Assembly: GCA_963841435.1 (NCBI GenBank)
Contig: CAWJCS010000003.1
Coordinates: forward strand, 192,001 to 256,000
Direction of reading: 5' to 3'
DNA length: 64,000 bases
DNA from: an uncultured delta proteobacterium
GTDB taxonomy: Bacteria; Myxococcota_A; Polyangia; Polyangiales; Polyangiaceae
Part shown: in pieces, positions 9,960-19,523 of the stretch
Numbering within the stretch: the first letter of the stretch is position 1
Layout: each line of letters opens with the position of its first letter
The notes under the pieces: model-generated
Seen by the model: only the letters and a program-made list of their open reading frames with translations
Databases searched by the model: none
Told to the model about the DNA's origin: nothing
Translations under genes and position numbers: made by a program

Positions 9960-10682
9960 ATGTTCAAACTCATCTCGACGGTACCGTTCATTTTGGCAGC
10001 CGGTCTCGCGACCGCTTGTGGCGGGAGCGACCCCACGGGGCGCGGCGGCGACTTCATCGACCATCCCGAGGGGTTTCCCTTCGTGGTCGTCGCCGTCGCC
10101 GTTTCCGATCTTTGCCCCGGCAACGCCGCCGAGTCGTGTGCGCTCGCCCGCAACCCGCCGCGAGGGGCGACACAGGTGTTCCTCACCCAGCCGGAGTCGG
10201 GCAAGATCTGCATGCAGGGAAGCATCGGCAAAGGAGGTTGGGCTTTCACCGTTCTCTCGTTCACCGAGTACTCGGACACCGGCGTGGTGAGCACCTTCAA
10301 CGCCGAGAAGCTCGGCATCACGCAGGTGTCGTTCACGCTCGAAACACCCCCGGCGAGAGGCCTCTCGCTCATGGCGTCTGTGATCAAACAGTATAGTTGC
10401 GAGCCTCCCGGCGCCGCCTGCCGGCTTGGCGGATTCTACTTCACGGATTCCTACTCCAAGGACGTCGTGCCCTTCACTCACACGCAGAAGGTCGTCGCTC
10501 CCTTCGCTAATTTCGTGCAGCAATATCCCGAGACAGGGAGCAAGACGTTCGACACGACTGTTCTCGACGGCGTCTACTTCGAAAGCGGGGACGCTGGCCC
10601 CATCGATTTCTGCGTGTCGGATTTCGAGTTCCTCGACAAGGACGGGAAAGTCGTCGAGCCACCAGCGACCCCGGCGTCGTGA
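9960..10682 (+). CDS. Hypothetical lipoprotein, predicted beta-sandwich (CBM-like)
   Basis: Lipobox LATAC; C-terminal DFCVSDFEF strand resembling jelly-roll CBM termini. Confidence 0.65.
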   Translation: MFKLISTVPFILAAGLATACGGSDPTGRGGDFIDHPEGFPFVVVAVAVSDLCPGNAAESCALARNPPRGATQVFLTQPESGKICMQGSIGKGGWAFTVLSFTEYSDTGVVSTFNAEKLGITQVSFTLETPPARGLSLMASVIKQYSCEPPGAACRLGGFYFTDSYSKDVVPFTHTQKVVAPFANFVQQYPETGSKTFDTTVLDGVYFESGDAGPIDFCVSDFEFLDKDGKVVEPPATPAS

Positions 10683-10719
10683 GCGTCCCCCACCGAGGAC
10701 CTCGGGCGTCGTGGCAGCG

Positions 10720-12153
10720 TCACTCGTCGTCGGACTGACGAATCGACTGAAGATCCACCGACCCGATCTTCTCCATCAAACGATACAAGCGGCCGCGGCT
10801 GATGCCGAGGCTCACCGCGGCTCGCTTGACGTTGCCGCGCTCGCTACGAAGCGCCAAAACGACGGCGGCGGGATCAGGATTGGGGCTCTCGCCGCCCGGA
10901 GGCAGGCTGCCCCGGCCACCTCCGGCGCCACCCGCCCCTCCGTCGAGCGCGCCTGCGCGCTGCCGCTCGCCGGGACTCTCGCCGCCTGCCTGCTGCGCCG
11001 CAGGCGGGCGCTCCGTGCCCTCCCCGCTGCCGAGCTGCTCGGAAAGCATGCTCACGTCGAGCACCGGCTCACTCGGGTGGAGCGCGAGCAGCCGACGCGT
11101 GAAAAGCGAAAGCTCGCGAACGTTGAACGGCCAGTCGTGTGCGCACAGCCGCTCGACGAGGCGCGGATCGAAGCGGGGCACGGCCGCACCGCTCCGCCCT
11201 CGCTCGACGAGCTTCGCGAACAGGAACGGAACCTCTTCGACGCGCTCGCGCAGCGCGGGAATCGCGACCGTGAGCCCATCGAGCCGCGCGAGCAAATCGC
11301 CGCGAAAGCGCTTTTCTTCGACCGCCTGACGCAGGGGGCCCTGCGCCGCCGCCAAGAATCGCACGTCGATCGACACGGGCTTCGACTCGCCGAGCGGCAC
11401 GACCTCGCGCTGCTCGACGGCGCGCAAGAGCTTCGCCTGGAGGGGCAGGGTGAGATCCGCGATCTCGTCGAGCAGCAGCGTGCCCCCGTTGACCGAGCGC
11501 AAGAAACCAGCGTGCGCCCGCTCCGCGCCCGAGAACGCACCCTTCCTGTAACCGAACAGTTCGCCTTCGGCGAGCGCCTCTGGAAGCGCCGCGCAGTTGA
11601 CGGCCAAGAAGGGCCCGCTGCGCCCACTCCATGCGGCGATCGCCCGCGCGGCGCCCTCCTTGCCGGCACCGGTCTCCCCTTGGATGATCATCGGCAGGTC
11701 CGTCTTTGCAGCGCGTTCGGCCGGAGCGAGCGCGGCCAGCAGCGCGGGCCCTGCAAAGTAGCCCGGCACGACCTCCCGGAACGCCCACGCCGTCGAGCCG
11801 TCGGCGGGCAACGCCGTGAGCACGCCGATGAAGTCGCCGATGCGCAGGACGTCACGCACCCGGAGCGGCGCCTGCTTCACGCGCCGCGCGTTGACGAACA
11901 CGCCGTTCGTGCTCTCGAGGTCCCTGAGCATCGGGACGCTCCCCGGCGACCAGCGGATTTCGGCGTGCTTGCGCGAGACGGACGCGCTCGGCAGACAGCC
12001 TGCGCAGGTGGTGTCGCGACCGAACAGTGTCGCCCCGGTTTCGAGCCGGGTGATGCTGCCGTCACTCGACGGGAACACCCAGCGGATCGCCAGGTGAGCG
12101 GCTTCGTTCGGGCTCCCCACGACGGCGTCGGGGACGGTCGTTTCCAGGGCCAA
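10720..12153 (-). CDS. FHA-domain sigma54-dependent transcriptional activator (bEBP)
   Basis: FHA motifs FGR, SVSRKHA, STNGVFVN; Walker A GETGAGKE; ELFGYRKGAFSGA; LLDEI; WPFNVREL; Fis-type HTH; start uncertain (TTG 12153, ORF open to 12246). Confidence 0.92.
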   Translation of the reverse strand: MALETTVPDAVVGSPNEAAHLAIRWVFPSSDGSITRLETGATLFGRDTTCAGCLPSASVSRKHAEIRWSPGSVPMLRDLESTNGVFVNARRVKQAPLRVRDVLRIGDFIGVLTALPADGSTAWAFREVVPGYFAGPALLAALAPAERAAKTDLPMIIQGETGAGKEGAARAIAAWSGRSGPFLAVNCAALPEALAEGELFGYRKGAFSGAERAHAGFLRSVNGGTLLLDEIADLTLPLQAKLLRAVEQREVVPLGESKPVSIDVRFLAAAQGPLRQAVEEKRFRGDLLARLDGLTVAIPALRERVEEVPFLFAKLVERGRSGAAVPRFDPRLVERLCAHDWPFNVRELSLFTRRLLALHPSEPVLDVSMLSEQLGSGEGTERPPAAQQAGGESPGERQRAGALDGGAGGAGGGRGSLPPGGESPNPDPAAVVLALRSERGNVKRAAVSLGISRGRLYRLMEKIGSVDLQSIRQSDDE

Positions 12154-12260
12154 TCGAAAGGGAGCATGCGCGAACCGCGGCGCATTGCCAACCTCGGCGA
12201 CGTTTGTTTCGAAAGAGAACCAGTCTTGACGCTTTCGGGCGGCCAACGCTTCATGCTTCG

Positions 12261-13634
12261 GTGGCGACCGAAAACCCGGCCTCGCGCGGCACGCTCCTCG
12301 AGCTCGAGGGCAGCGTGTTCGACGACCGGTTTCGGATCGAGGACCGCATCGCCGAGGGTGGCTTTGCGATCGTCTACCGTGCCTGGCAGATCGCGCTCGA
12401 GCGGCGTGTGGCGCTCAAGGTGCTGAAACCACCCAAGAATCAGGACCGTGCCGCGCGCGCAGAGTTCCGCGAGAAGTTCGCGATCGAAGCCAAGACGATC
12501 GCCCGCCTCCGCCATCCTCACATCGTCAACGTGTACGACTTCTCCGTCGCAACGCTGCCGACGGGTGAAATCGCGCCGTGGATGGCGCTCGAGTGGCTCG
12601 AGGGTGAGACGCTCGCCACCCATCTCGAACGGCGGCGCCAGAACGGTGAGCGCGGCCGGCAGCCGGCCGAGGCTCTCGACTTTTTGCACCCCGTGCTCGA
12701 GGCGCTCGCCCACGCGCACGAGCACGGCATTGCCCACCGCGACATCAAGCCGTCGAACATCATGGTGACCCAGACGCCGAACGGAACCTCGCTGCGCGTC
12801 CTCGACTTCGGCATCGCCAAGATCATGCTCGACGAGCAGACCCCGAACACCGGCAACACCCGCACGGAGGGTACGCCCGCGTTCTCGCCGGCCTACGCGG
12901 CGCCAGAGCAGGTCGCGTTCTCGCGCACGGGGCCGTGGACGGACGTGCACGCCCTCGGGTTGATGTTGACCGAGCTAATGACGGACGAGCCGCCGTTTTC
13001 CGATGCGGACCCCGATGCCCACCTGTTCGAGCAGGTGATGGCGCGGTCCCGCCCGACCCCAGCGAGCAAGGGGCGCAGCGTCGGAGCGTTCGAACCCGTG
13101 CTTTCGAAGGCCCTTTCGCTTTCGCCACGCGACCGTTATCGCAGCGCGGGAGAGCTCTTGCTCGCGCTCGACGCTGCGAAGGCAAACGCGGACACGTTCG
13201 TCGCCGGCATCGCGGACACCGCACCCGCGACCTTCGTCCCGGACGCCGTGCATTCGCCCGGCAAACGCGCGGCGCGTCGTCGGACGCTCGCGCTCATGGC
13301 GGCCGGAATTCTCGCCACGGCAATTGCGATCCTGGGCGCACGCGGCGCATTCTCCACCAAGGAGGAAGCTCCACCGATCGCCCGCGAGCCCTCCGCAACC
13401 GCGGCATCGACTCCCCAGGCGCCACCAACGAGCGGGCCGCCTCGCGAGGCAGCGCCGTCGTCCGTGCCCGCCGCCGCTCCCTCGCCGAGCGAGGCACCGT
13501 CGGTCGCTCGCGCAAGCCTCCCGCCGCCGCCGAAGGCGCCGAAGCCCCGGCGCAACGGCAAGCCGACTGCCCCTTCTGCCGCGCCTCCCGCGGCGCTGAG
13601 CGACGGAAGAGATCTCTTCAATGACACGAAGTGA
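12261..13634 (+). CDS. Membrane-anchored Ser/Thr protein kinase
   Basis: AEGGFAIVY, VALKVL, HRDIKPSN, DFGIAK, YAAPEQ; TM segment followed by a Pro-rich tail; start estimated. Confidence 0.92.
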   Translation: MATENPASRGTLLELEGSVFDDRFRIEDRIAEGGFAIVYRAWQIALERRVALKVLKPPKNQDRAARAEFREKFAIEAKTIARLRHPHIVNVYDFSVATLPTGEIAPWMALEWLEGETLATHLERRRQNGERGRQPAEALDFLHPVLEALAHAHEHGIAHRDIKPSNIMVTQTPNGTSLRVLDFGIAKIMLDEQTPNTGNTRTEGTPAFSPAYAAPEQVAFSRTGPWTDVHALGLMLTELMTDEPPFSDADPDAHLFEQVMARSRPTPASKGRSVGAFEPVLSKALSLSPRDRYRSAGELLLALDAAKANADTFVAGIADTAPATFVPDAVHSPGKRAARRRTLALMAAGILATAIAILGARGAFSTKEEAPPIAREPSATAASTPQAPPTSGPPREAAPSSVPAAAPSPSEAPSVARASLPPPPKAPKPRRNGKPTAPSAAPPAALSDGRDLFNDTK

Positions 13635-14628
13635 TTCGAGAGCGGCGATTTTCCTCGCGCTCGGCGTGCTCCTCACGGTCACGCGGACGCACGCGGCGGG
13701 GCGCGACGAGGCCGGTGCCCGCACGCTGTTCGCCGAGGGAAGAAAGCTGGTGGACGACGGCAACTACCCGGACGCCTGTCCCAAGTTCGAGGAGAGCCTG
13801 CGGCTCGATCCCGGCACGGGAACGAGCTTCAACCTGGCCGACTGTCTCGAGCACATCGGCCGCACTGCGAGCGCCTGGGCGCGCTTCCTCGACGTGGCGG
13901 CGGCGAGCAAGGCTGCCGGACAGCCCGAGCGCGAGCAAATCGCCCGCGTGCGCGCCGAAAAGCTCGAGCCCACGCTCTCGCGGCTCGTCATCCAGGTGGC
14001 AACGCGAACGCGGGGCCTCGTCGTCGAGCGCGACGGCGTGGTGGTCGGAGCTGCATCGTGGGGCGTTGCCGTGCCCGTCGATCCCGGCGAGCACCGCCTT
14101 CGCGCGACCGCCGACGGCAGGCGACCCTGGGAGGACACGACGAGCGTGCCGCCCGGGCCCGGCACCGTGGTCCTCTCGATTCCAGTGCTGGAGAATCTGC
14201 CGCCCGAGCCGCACCCGGCGCCCGCGGCGAAGCCCGCGCCGACGCCGGCGGCGAGGGATGCCGAGCCCACGAGCAGGATCTCGGTTCCCGTGGTGGCGCT
14301 CGCGGCCGTGAGCGCCGCGGGACTGGCGACGACGGTGATATTCGGGCTGCAGGCCCGGTCGGAAAATGCGAAAGCCTTGGCGCTCTGCCCAGGGAGCAGC
14401 TGCGCCACCGCGGGCGAGAAGACAGAGCACGACGGGCTCGCCGGCGACGCGCGCCGCGATCGGACGGTGTCGTACGTCGGAGCGGGCATCGCGGGCGCGG
14501 CGCTCGTCGCGGCCGTCTACCTGTGGTGGGCACCGTTCGACGGGCCCAAGGCGAAGCAGCCGACCCTGCAGGCGGCGCTCCGGCCACTCCTCCGCCCGCC
14601 CGTCGCGGGGCTCGAGGTCGCGTGGTGA
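13621..14628 (+). CDS. TPR + PEGA-like domain exported protein
   Basis: Signal peptide; ARTLFAEG...ACPKFEESLRLDP TPR; VDPGEHRLRA beta domain; C-terminal hydrophobic segments ending in W. Confidence 0.8.
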   Translation: MTRSDSRAAIFLALGVLLTVTRTHAAGRDEAGARTLFAEGRKLVDDGNYPDACPKFEESLRLDPGTGTSFNLADCLEHIGRTASAWARFLDVAAASKAAGQPEREQIARVRAEKLEPTLSRLVIQVATRTRGLVVERDGVVVGAASWGVAVPVDPGEHRLRATADGRRPWEDTTSVPPGPGTVVLSIPVLENLPPEPHPAPAAKPAPTPAARDAEPTSRISVPVVALAAVSAAGLATTVIFGLQARSENAKALALCPGSSCATAGEKTEHDGLAGDARRDRTVSYVGAGIAGAALVAAVYLWWAPFDGPKAKQPTLQAALRPLLRPPVAGLEVAW

Positions 14629-15470
14629 CGCGACGCGCGACGACGGGTTGCGTGGCACCACGACGCGAGCCGGCCGTGGCGCACCACTTGGTAGCCGTGA
14701 CGCTGATCGCGACGGCAGCCTGCTCCATCGACGATCGGTCCGTCATCGTGGCCGGCGCAAGCGGCGACACCGCAGACGGCGGTGCCGGCGCAGGCGGCGA
14801 GTCGGGCGGTGCGGGCATCGGCAGCGGCGGCGAGGGCGCGCCCGTGATGCTCTGCACGGGCGTCCCGCTCGTCACCTATGTCATCACGGACTTCTCGGAC
14901 GCCGTAGAGAACATCGACGACGAGCAGAAACCGGGCGTCGGCTTCGATTTCCAGGACCTTCCCCAGGGCGGCGAGTCCTTCACGTACTACCTATTCGGTC
15001 TCGACCCTCCGCTGCTGTCGCTTTCGAATCGGGGAGGAAACAAGGAGCTCCATGTCGTCGCGAATCCGCTCCGCCCCATCAGCAGCAACATCTCGATCGT
15101 GGGCCTGGGGCTCGGTTGGCTTCGCTGTTACGACGCCACGGGCTACCGCGGCATCTCGTTCCGCCTCGAAGGCTCCCTCGGCACCTGCACGCTCAGCGTT
15201 GGCGCGCAAATCGCAGAAAATACGATCGTCCGACTCAATTCGGCGTCCGCCTGTGAGCGCGAGGCCGACTGCTACGCTCCACAGTCGCCTTCCCTGCCCT
15301 CGACCGAAGGCACGCACGAGGTCGCGTTTGCCGACATGGCGAACGGCAGCCCGATGCCCGATGTCGATGCAACGCGCATCGTCGGCGTCAATTTCCAGCT
15401 TCACGTTCCGGTCGAAGGCCCACCGTGCGAGGCCGACTTCACGCTCGATGACGTGGCGTTCTATCGATGA
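14625..15470 (+). CDS. Hypothetical lipoprotein with CBM-like beta-sandwich domain
   Basis: GTGA overlap with upstream gene; lipobox TAAC-SIDDR; CYDATGYRGISF and FTLDDVAFY motifs. Confidence 0.7.
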   Translation: MTRRATTGCVAPRREPAVAHHLVAVTLIATAACSIDDRSVIVAGASGDTADGGAGAGGESGGAGIGSGGEGAPVMLCTGVPLVTYVITDFSDAVENIDDEQKPGVGFDFQDLPQGGESFTYYLFGLDPPLLSLSNRGGNKELHVVANPLRPISSNISIVGLGLGWLRCYDATGYRGISFRLEGSLGTCTLSVGAQIAENTIVRLNSASACEREADCYAPQSPSLPSTEGTHEVAFADMANGSPMPDVDATRIVGVNFQLHVPVEGPPCEADFTLDDVAFYR

Positions 15471-16178
15471 AGACGTCCGCTGTCGTTCTGCTCTTCGTTG
15501 TCTCGGCCTGCGGGATCGACGACCGCCACGTCGAGCTCAACGCCTACTGCGTCGCGCCGCCCCCCGACGGCACCATTGCCGACTTTTCCGAGGCCACAAC
15601 GGGCGGCTGCCCTGCCGGGTACTGCGCGGCAGAGCTCGTCGGGCAGCAAGCAGTCTCGCTCGGCGAGGGAACGTACGCAGGGCTCGTCTATCCCTACGCC
15701 CCCATCGATCTACGCTTCATCGACCTTGGAACCCCCGCGCCGCCGGAGACCGCGCCCGTCCCTGCCCTCTGGGCGGCCCTGGATTCGGGACCGGCCCCCT
15801 CCGGGTCATCGGAGCCGGACGGCATGGCGCTGCGCTTCGTCGACTGTGTTGAACGTCTTCGCCTCCAGCTCGCTCAGCTTCACTACGCAGGTGCTCGACG
15901 GTAGCCTCGAGAGCTGCCCGTTCCGGGTCGCTCTCCAGTTCATGCGCCCCCACGAAAAGACCTTCGACGACACGTTGCCGCTCGACGAATACGACGGGGC
16001 GGTCATCGTGCCCGTCGCCGAAGGCACGACGACGCTGCGCCTGGCCGAGCACGTGCCAGCCGACGGGTCAACTGCTCTCGCCGGAATGCAGTGGGAGTTC
16101 ACGGTCTCTCCCGCGGCGTCAACGCGCTGCAGCGCCTTCCTGACGATCGACGACATCCGACTGACGACCACGCCCTGA
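15467..16178 (+). CDS. Paralogous CBM-like lipoprotein, frameshifted near 15852
   Basis: ATGA overlap; VSAC-GIDDR; deleting one A in GTTGAACGTC gives DCVDVFASSSLSF...LTIDDIRL, matching the upstream paralog. Confidence 0.65.
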
Positions 16179-16235
16179 GGAGGCGCCCTTCGAGCTTTAG
16201 TTTGCGGCGCCCCACGCGCGCCCGCTCCGTTCCGA

Positions 16236-17208
16236 TCAGTACCAGGCTGCTCCCGCGGTCGGGAGGGCACCGGCCAGCAGCCGACGCGCTTCGGTGAAGT
16301 CGAGCTCGAATCTGAGCCTTGAGCGCATCGAGGCTCTCGAACTTTCGCTCGTCGCGCAGGCGCGCGACGAGGTGCAAGCGGAGCGCCTTGCCGTAGAGCT
16401 CCGCGCTGAAATCGAGGAGGTGGGCCTCGACGCTGAAGCCACCCGAAACCGTGGGACGATTGCCGACGTTGACGGCGGCCGGAGCCAGGGCGCGAGCGCC
16501 GCTTTCCGAGAGCTCGTCGACCAGGCAGGCGTACACACCATTCGGCGGGAGGGCTTCGACGATGCCGTCGAGATTCGCCGTGGGGGCGCCGATGGTGCGG
16601 CCGCGACCCGCACCCTGGACGACGTTGCCCGTGAGGGCGTGGGGACGGCCGAGCCCTCGCGTCACCTCCACGAGGTCGCCCTGCTTGAGCGCTTCGCGGA
16701 TGCGCGAGCTCGAGAACGCGCCGTTCGCATCGCCGAACAGCCGCTCGGCGCGCGCGTCGAAGCCGAGCCGCGCGCCGACCTCGCGCAGGAGAGCTAGGTC
16801 GCCGCGACGCCCGCGGCCGAAGCGGAAATCTTCGCCGACCATCACGACGCGGGCACCGAGCGCGCCGGCGAGCAGTCGCTCGGCGAAGACCTCGGCGTCG
16901 AGCGCCGCGAGCTCGAGCGTGAACGGCTCCACCACGACGGTGAGCTCGGGGCACAGCCTGAGCATGAGCTCGATCTTTCGCTCGGGCGGCGTGAGAACGG
17001 GGAGCTTGCCGCGACCGAGCACCTCCGACGGGTGCGGATCGAAGGTGAGCGCGACCGGCTCGATGCCGAGACCTTTCGCGTCGCGGGCAGCGGCCTCGAG
17101 CACGGCGCGATGGCCACGATGGACGCCGTCGAAATTGCCGATCACGACGAGCGTCGAGCGCGGGGCTCTACCCGGGCCAAGCGCTCCATCGACGCGGCGT
17201 ACGGTCAC
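16236..17208 (-). CDS. ribF: Bifunctional riboflavin kinase/FAD synthetase, apparent +1 frameshift near 16310
   Basis: GNFDGVHRGH, GEDFRFG, SSSRIR, GRTIGAPTAN, NVGNRPT, EAHLLDF, RDERKF; corrected C-terminus QIELDFTEARRLL. Confidence 0.92.
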
Positions 17209-17336
17209 GGCGCCCGTTTACTACGGCGCGCCGAGGCCGGCCAAGCCGCGCCTCCCGGGGCCATGGCGAGCGTCTGTTCGGGCCCGCTGCCGGGACGCTT
17301 GCCGCTCGGCCCCCGCGACGCTACCCGTCTCGAAAC

Positions 17337-18374
17337 ATGACCCCCGACCAAGCGCTGGCCGAGGCCCAGAAGGGCGAGCTCAGGCCGGTGTACCTGCTCG
17401 TGGGAGACGAGCCGTACCTCGAGGCGCAGGTCCTCGGAGCGCTCAAGCGTGCCGCGACCGAGGGCGGCATCCCGGGCCTCAACGACGAAATCCTGAACGC
17501 CTCGGACACCCCGGTCGACCGGGTGCTCGCGGCCGCGCGCACGCTGCCCATGATGGCCAAGCGTAGGCTCGTGATCGTACGAGGCCTCGAGCGCTGGGAG
17601 CCACGCGAGGGGGTCGATCGAAAGGGGCCCGACCCGTTCGAGCGCTTGCTCGACTACGCGAAGGACCCGACGCCGAGCACGCTGCTCGTGCTCTCGGGCG
17701 GCGGGCTCGACAAACGGCGACGCTTCGTTACGCAGAGCAAGCAGCTCGGCTTCCTGGTGAGCTGCGAGACCCTCGAGCGTTCGGCGTTGCCCGCCTGGAT
17801 CCAGCGTACGGTGAAGGAACGGGGCGCGCGCATCGCGCACGACGTTTCGGATCTGGTAGCGGAGCTCGCGGGGCCGGAGCTCGCGCCCGTCGCGGACGCC
17901 GTCGAGCGCCTGTGCCTTTACGTGGGAACGGGCGAAATCACCGAGGACGCCGTCGCGGAGTGCGTCGTGAGGCTCCGGCCTTCGACGGTCTGGGAGCTCG
18001 TGGGCGCCGTCGGGCGCAGGGACGTAGGCGCGGCGCTCGCGGCGCTTCATCGCGTCTACGACCCGGCCGATCGAGGGCTCCGACTCGTGGGCGTGCTCGC
18101 CTGGTCAACGCGGCAGCTTATCCGGTTCGAGGCGGCGCTACGCTCGGGGTCGAAGCCCGGCGACGCGGCCATCAAGGCGGGAGCGCCTCCGTTCAAGGCG
18201 CGCGAGCTCGCCGAGCAGGTCAAGGGCCTCGACCGCGCCGACCTCGAGCGCTTCCTGCTCTGCCTCACGGAGCTCGACCTGAGCCTCAAGGGCGGCTCGA
18301 AGCGCGCGCCCGTGGCGTCGCTCACCTACAGCGTGCTCGAGCTATGCCGCGCGGGCCGTAGCGCCTCGGCTTAG
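17337..18374 (+). CDS. holA: DNA polymerase III delta subunit
   Basis: PVYLLVGDEPYL, ARTLPMMAKRRLVIV, DLSLKGG motifs. Confidence 0.88.
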   Translation: MTPDQALAEAQKGELRPVYLLVGDEPYLEAQVLGALKRAATEGGIPGLNDEILNASDTPVDRVLAAARTLPMMAKRRLVIVRGLERWEPREGVDRKGPDPFERLLDYAKDPTPSTLLVLSGGGLDKRRRFVTQSKQLGFLVSCETLERSALPAWIQRTVKERGARIAHDVSDLVAELAGPELAPVADAVERLCLYVGTGEITEDAVAECVVRLRPSTVWELVGAVGRRDVGAALAALHRVYDPADRGLRLVGVLAWSTRQLIRFEAALRSGSKPGDAAIKAGAPPFKARELAEQVKGLDRADLERFLLCLTELDLSLKGGSKRAPVASLTYSVLELCRAGRSASA

Positions 18375-18544
18375 CGCCCGGCGGCCGGAGAACCCGGGTG
18401 GCGCTAGCGTCCCCTGTCGGTCGGGCGAGGACCCCGCGACGAAACAGCGCGGGATTCGGCCGCCCGGGGGGCTCTCCCCTTGACCCCGAAAACGGTCGGT
18501 CCCATGTTAGAAGGAGGCTCGCGTGCGGCGCGCTAACGAAAGCG

Positions 18545-18567
18545 AAAACCCCAGGTCCGGGGTTTTT
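18545..18567 (+). terminator. Terminator-like hairpin upstream of ribA
   Basis: AAAACCCC-AGGTCC-GGGGTTTT(T) inverted repeat ending in a T-tract. Confidence 0.4.
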
Positions 18568-18597
18568 GGCACAGGCACCGCCCGCGAGACAGCGAAC

Positions 18598-19275
18598 ATG
18601 TCCGAGAAAGCCTCCCGGTCCACTGCCCTGGAAGAGCTTGCCCGTGCGCCCATCCCCACGCGCTTCGGGCGGTTCGAGCTCCAAGTCTACCGCTGGGACG
18701 ATCCCGAAGCGCACCCCGCGTTGAGCCGGGAGCACTGCGCGCTCGTCATGGGCGACCTCGCGGGTCGCTCTCACGTGCCGGTGCGCGTCCATTCGGAGTG
18801 CCTCACGAGCGAGGTGTTCGGGTCGCTGAAGTGCGACTGCCGCGAGCAGCTCGAGCACGCCCAGGCGGAGATCGCGCGGCGTGGCTTCGGCGCGGTGCTC
18901 TATCTCCGACAGGAAGGGCGAGGCATCGGGCTCGCCAACAAGGTCCGGGCCTACGCGCTGCAGGCGGACGGTGCCGACACCGTCGAAGCAAACCAGCAGC
19001 TCCACCTGCCGGTCGATGCGCGGACGTACGACGTCGCGGCCGCCATGCTGAAGAAGCTCGGCGTGATCTCCGTCGAGCTCATGACCAACAATCCCGCAAA
19101 GGTCTCGGCGCTCAAGGCGCTCGGCGTGCACATCGAGCGCCGCCTGCCCGTGCTCGTTCCGGCTACCCCCTTCTCTGCCGGCTATCTCGAGACGAAGCGG
19201 CGCCTCATGCAGCACGAGCTGCCGTCGAGCCCCGCACAGCTCGTGCCCGGCGCCCGCAAGTCGCTCGCCAGTTGA
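18598..19275 (+). CDS. ribA: GTP cyclohydrolase II
   Basis: VRVHSECLTSEVFGSLKCDCREQL, YLRQEGRGIGLANK, MTNNPAK, YLETK. Confidence 0.95.
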   Translation: MSEKASRSTALEELARAPIPTRFGRFELQVYRWDDPEAHPALSREHCALVMGDLAGRSHVPVRVHSECLTSEVFGSLKCDCREQLEHAQAEIARRGFGAVLYLRQEGRGIGLANKVRAYALQADGADTVEANQQLHLPVDARTYDVAAAMLKKLGVISVELMTNNPAKVSALKALGVHIERRLPVLVPATPFSAGYLETKRRLMQHELPSSPAQLVPGARKSLAS

Positions 19276-19460
19276 GCACCCCGAGAGCGTCCGTGGCTCG
19301 GACGAACGCGGAAGCGATCGATGCCTGGAATGGCGTCCTGTTCGAGAAAGACGCTCGGACCGGCCGGCGAGACCTTCGCGTCGCGGGGGAACGAGCCGAG
19401 TCGTTGATGCCCGCCGTGGATGCGGCACTTCGCGAGGCGCTTAAGGCGCGACGCTCGTAG
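19272..19460 (+). pseudogene. Probable relic of a class I SAM-dependent methyltransferase (internal deletion)
   Basis: NAEAIDAWNGVLFEK resembles, from recall, an N-terminus, and LGPAGE..LRVAGERA...VDAALREAL a C-terminal region, of a ~290-aa methyltransferase family; SAM motif I is absent. Confidence 0.5.
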
Positions 19461-19523
19461 GAGCTTCACGCACCTTTGCGCCCTTGCGTCGCCAAGGGCC
19501 CGGCTGATATTTCTTTGGATTGG

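Noticed and set aside
16099-16310. Extended RibF C-terminus given by the ORF track
   Set aside because: Artefact of the +1 indel; the alternative frame gives the canonical QI..D...AR ending at 16236
18375-18597. FMN riboswitch upstream of ribA
   Set aside because: Conserved RFN blocks not found
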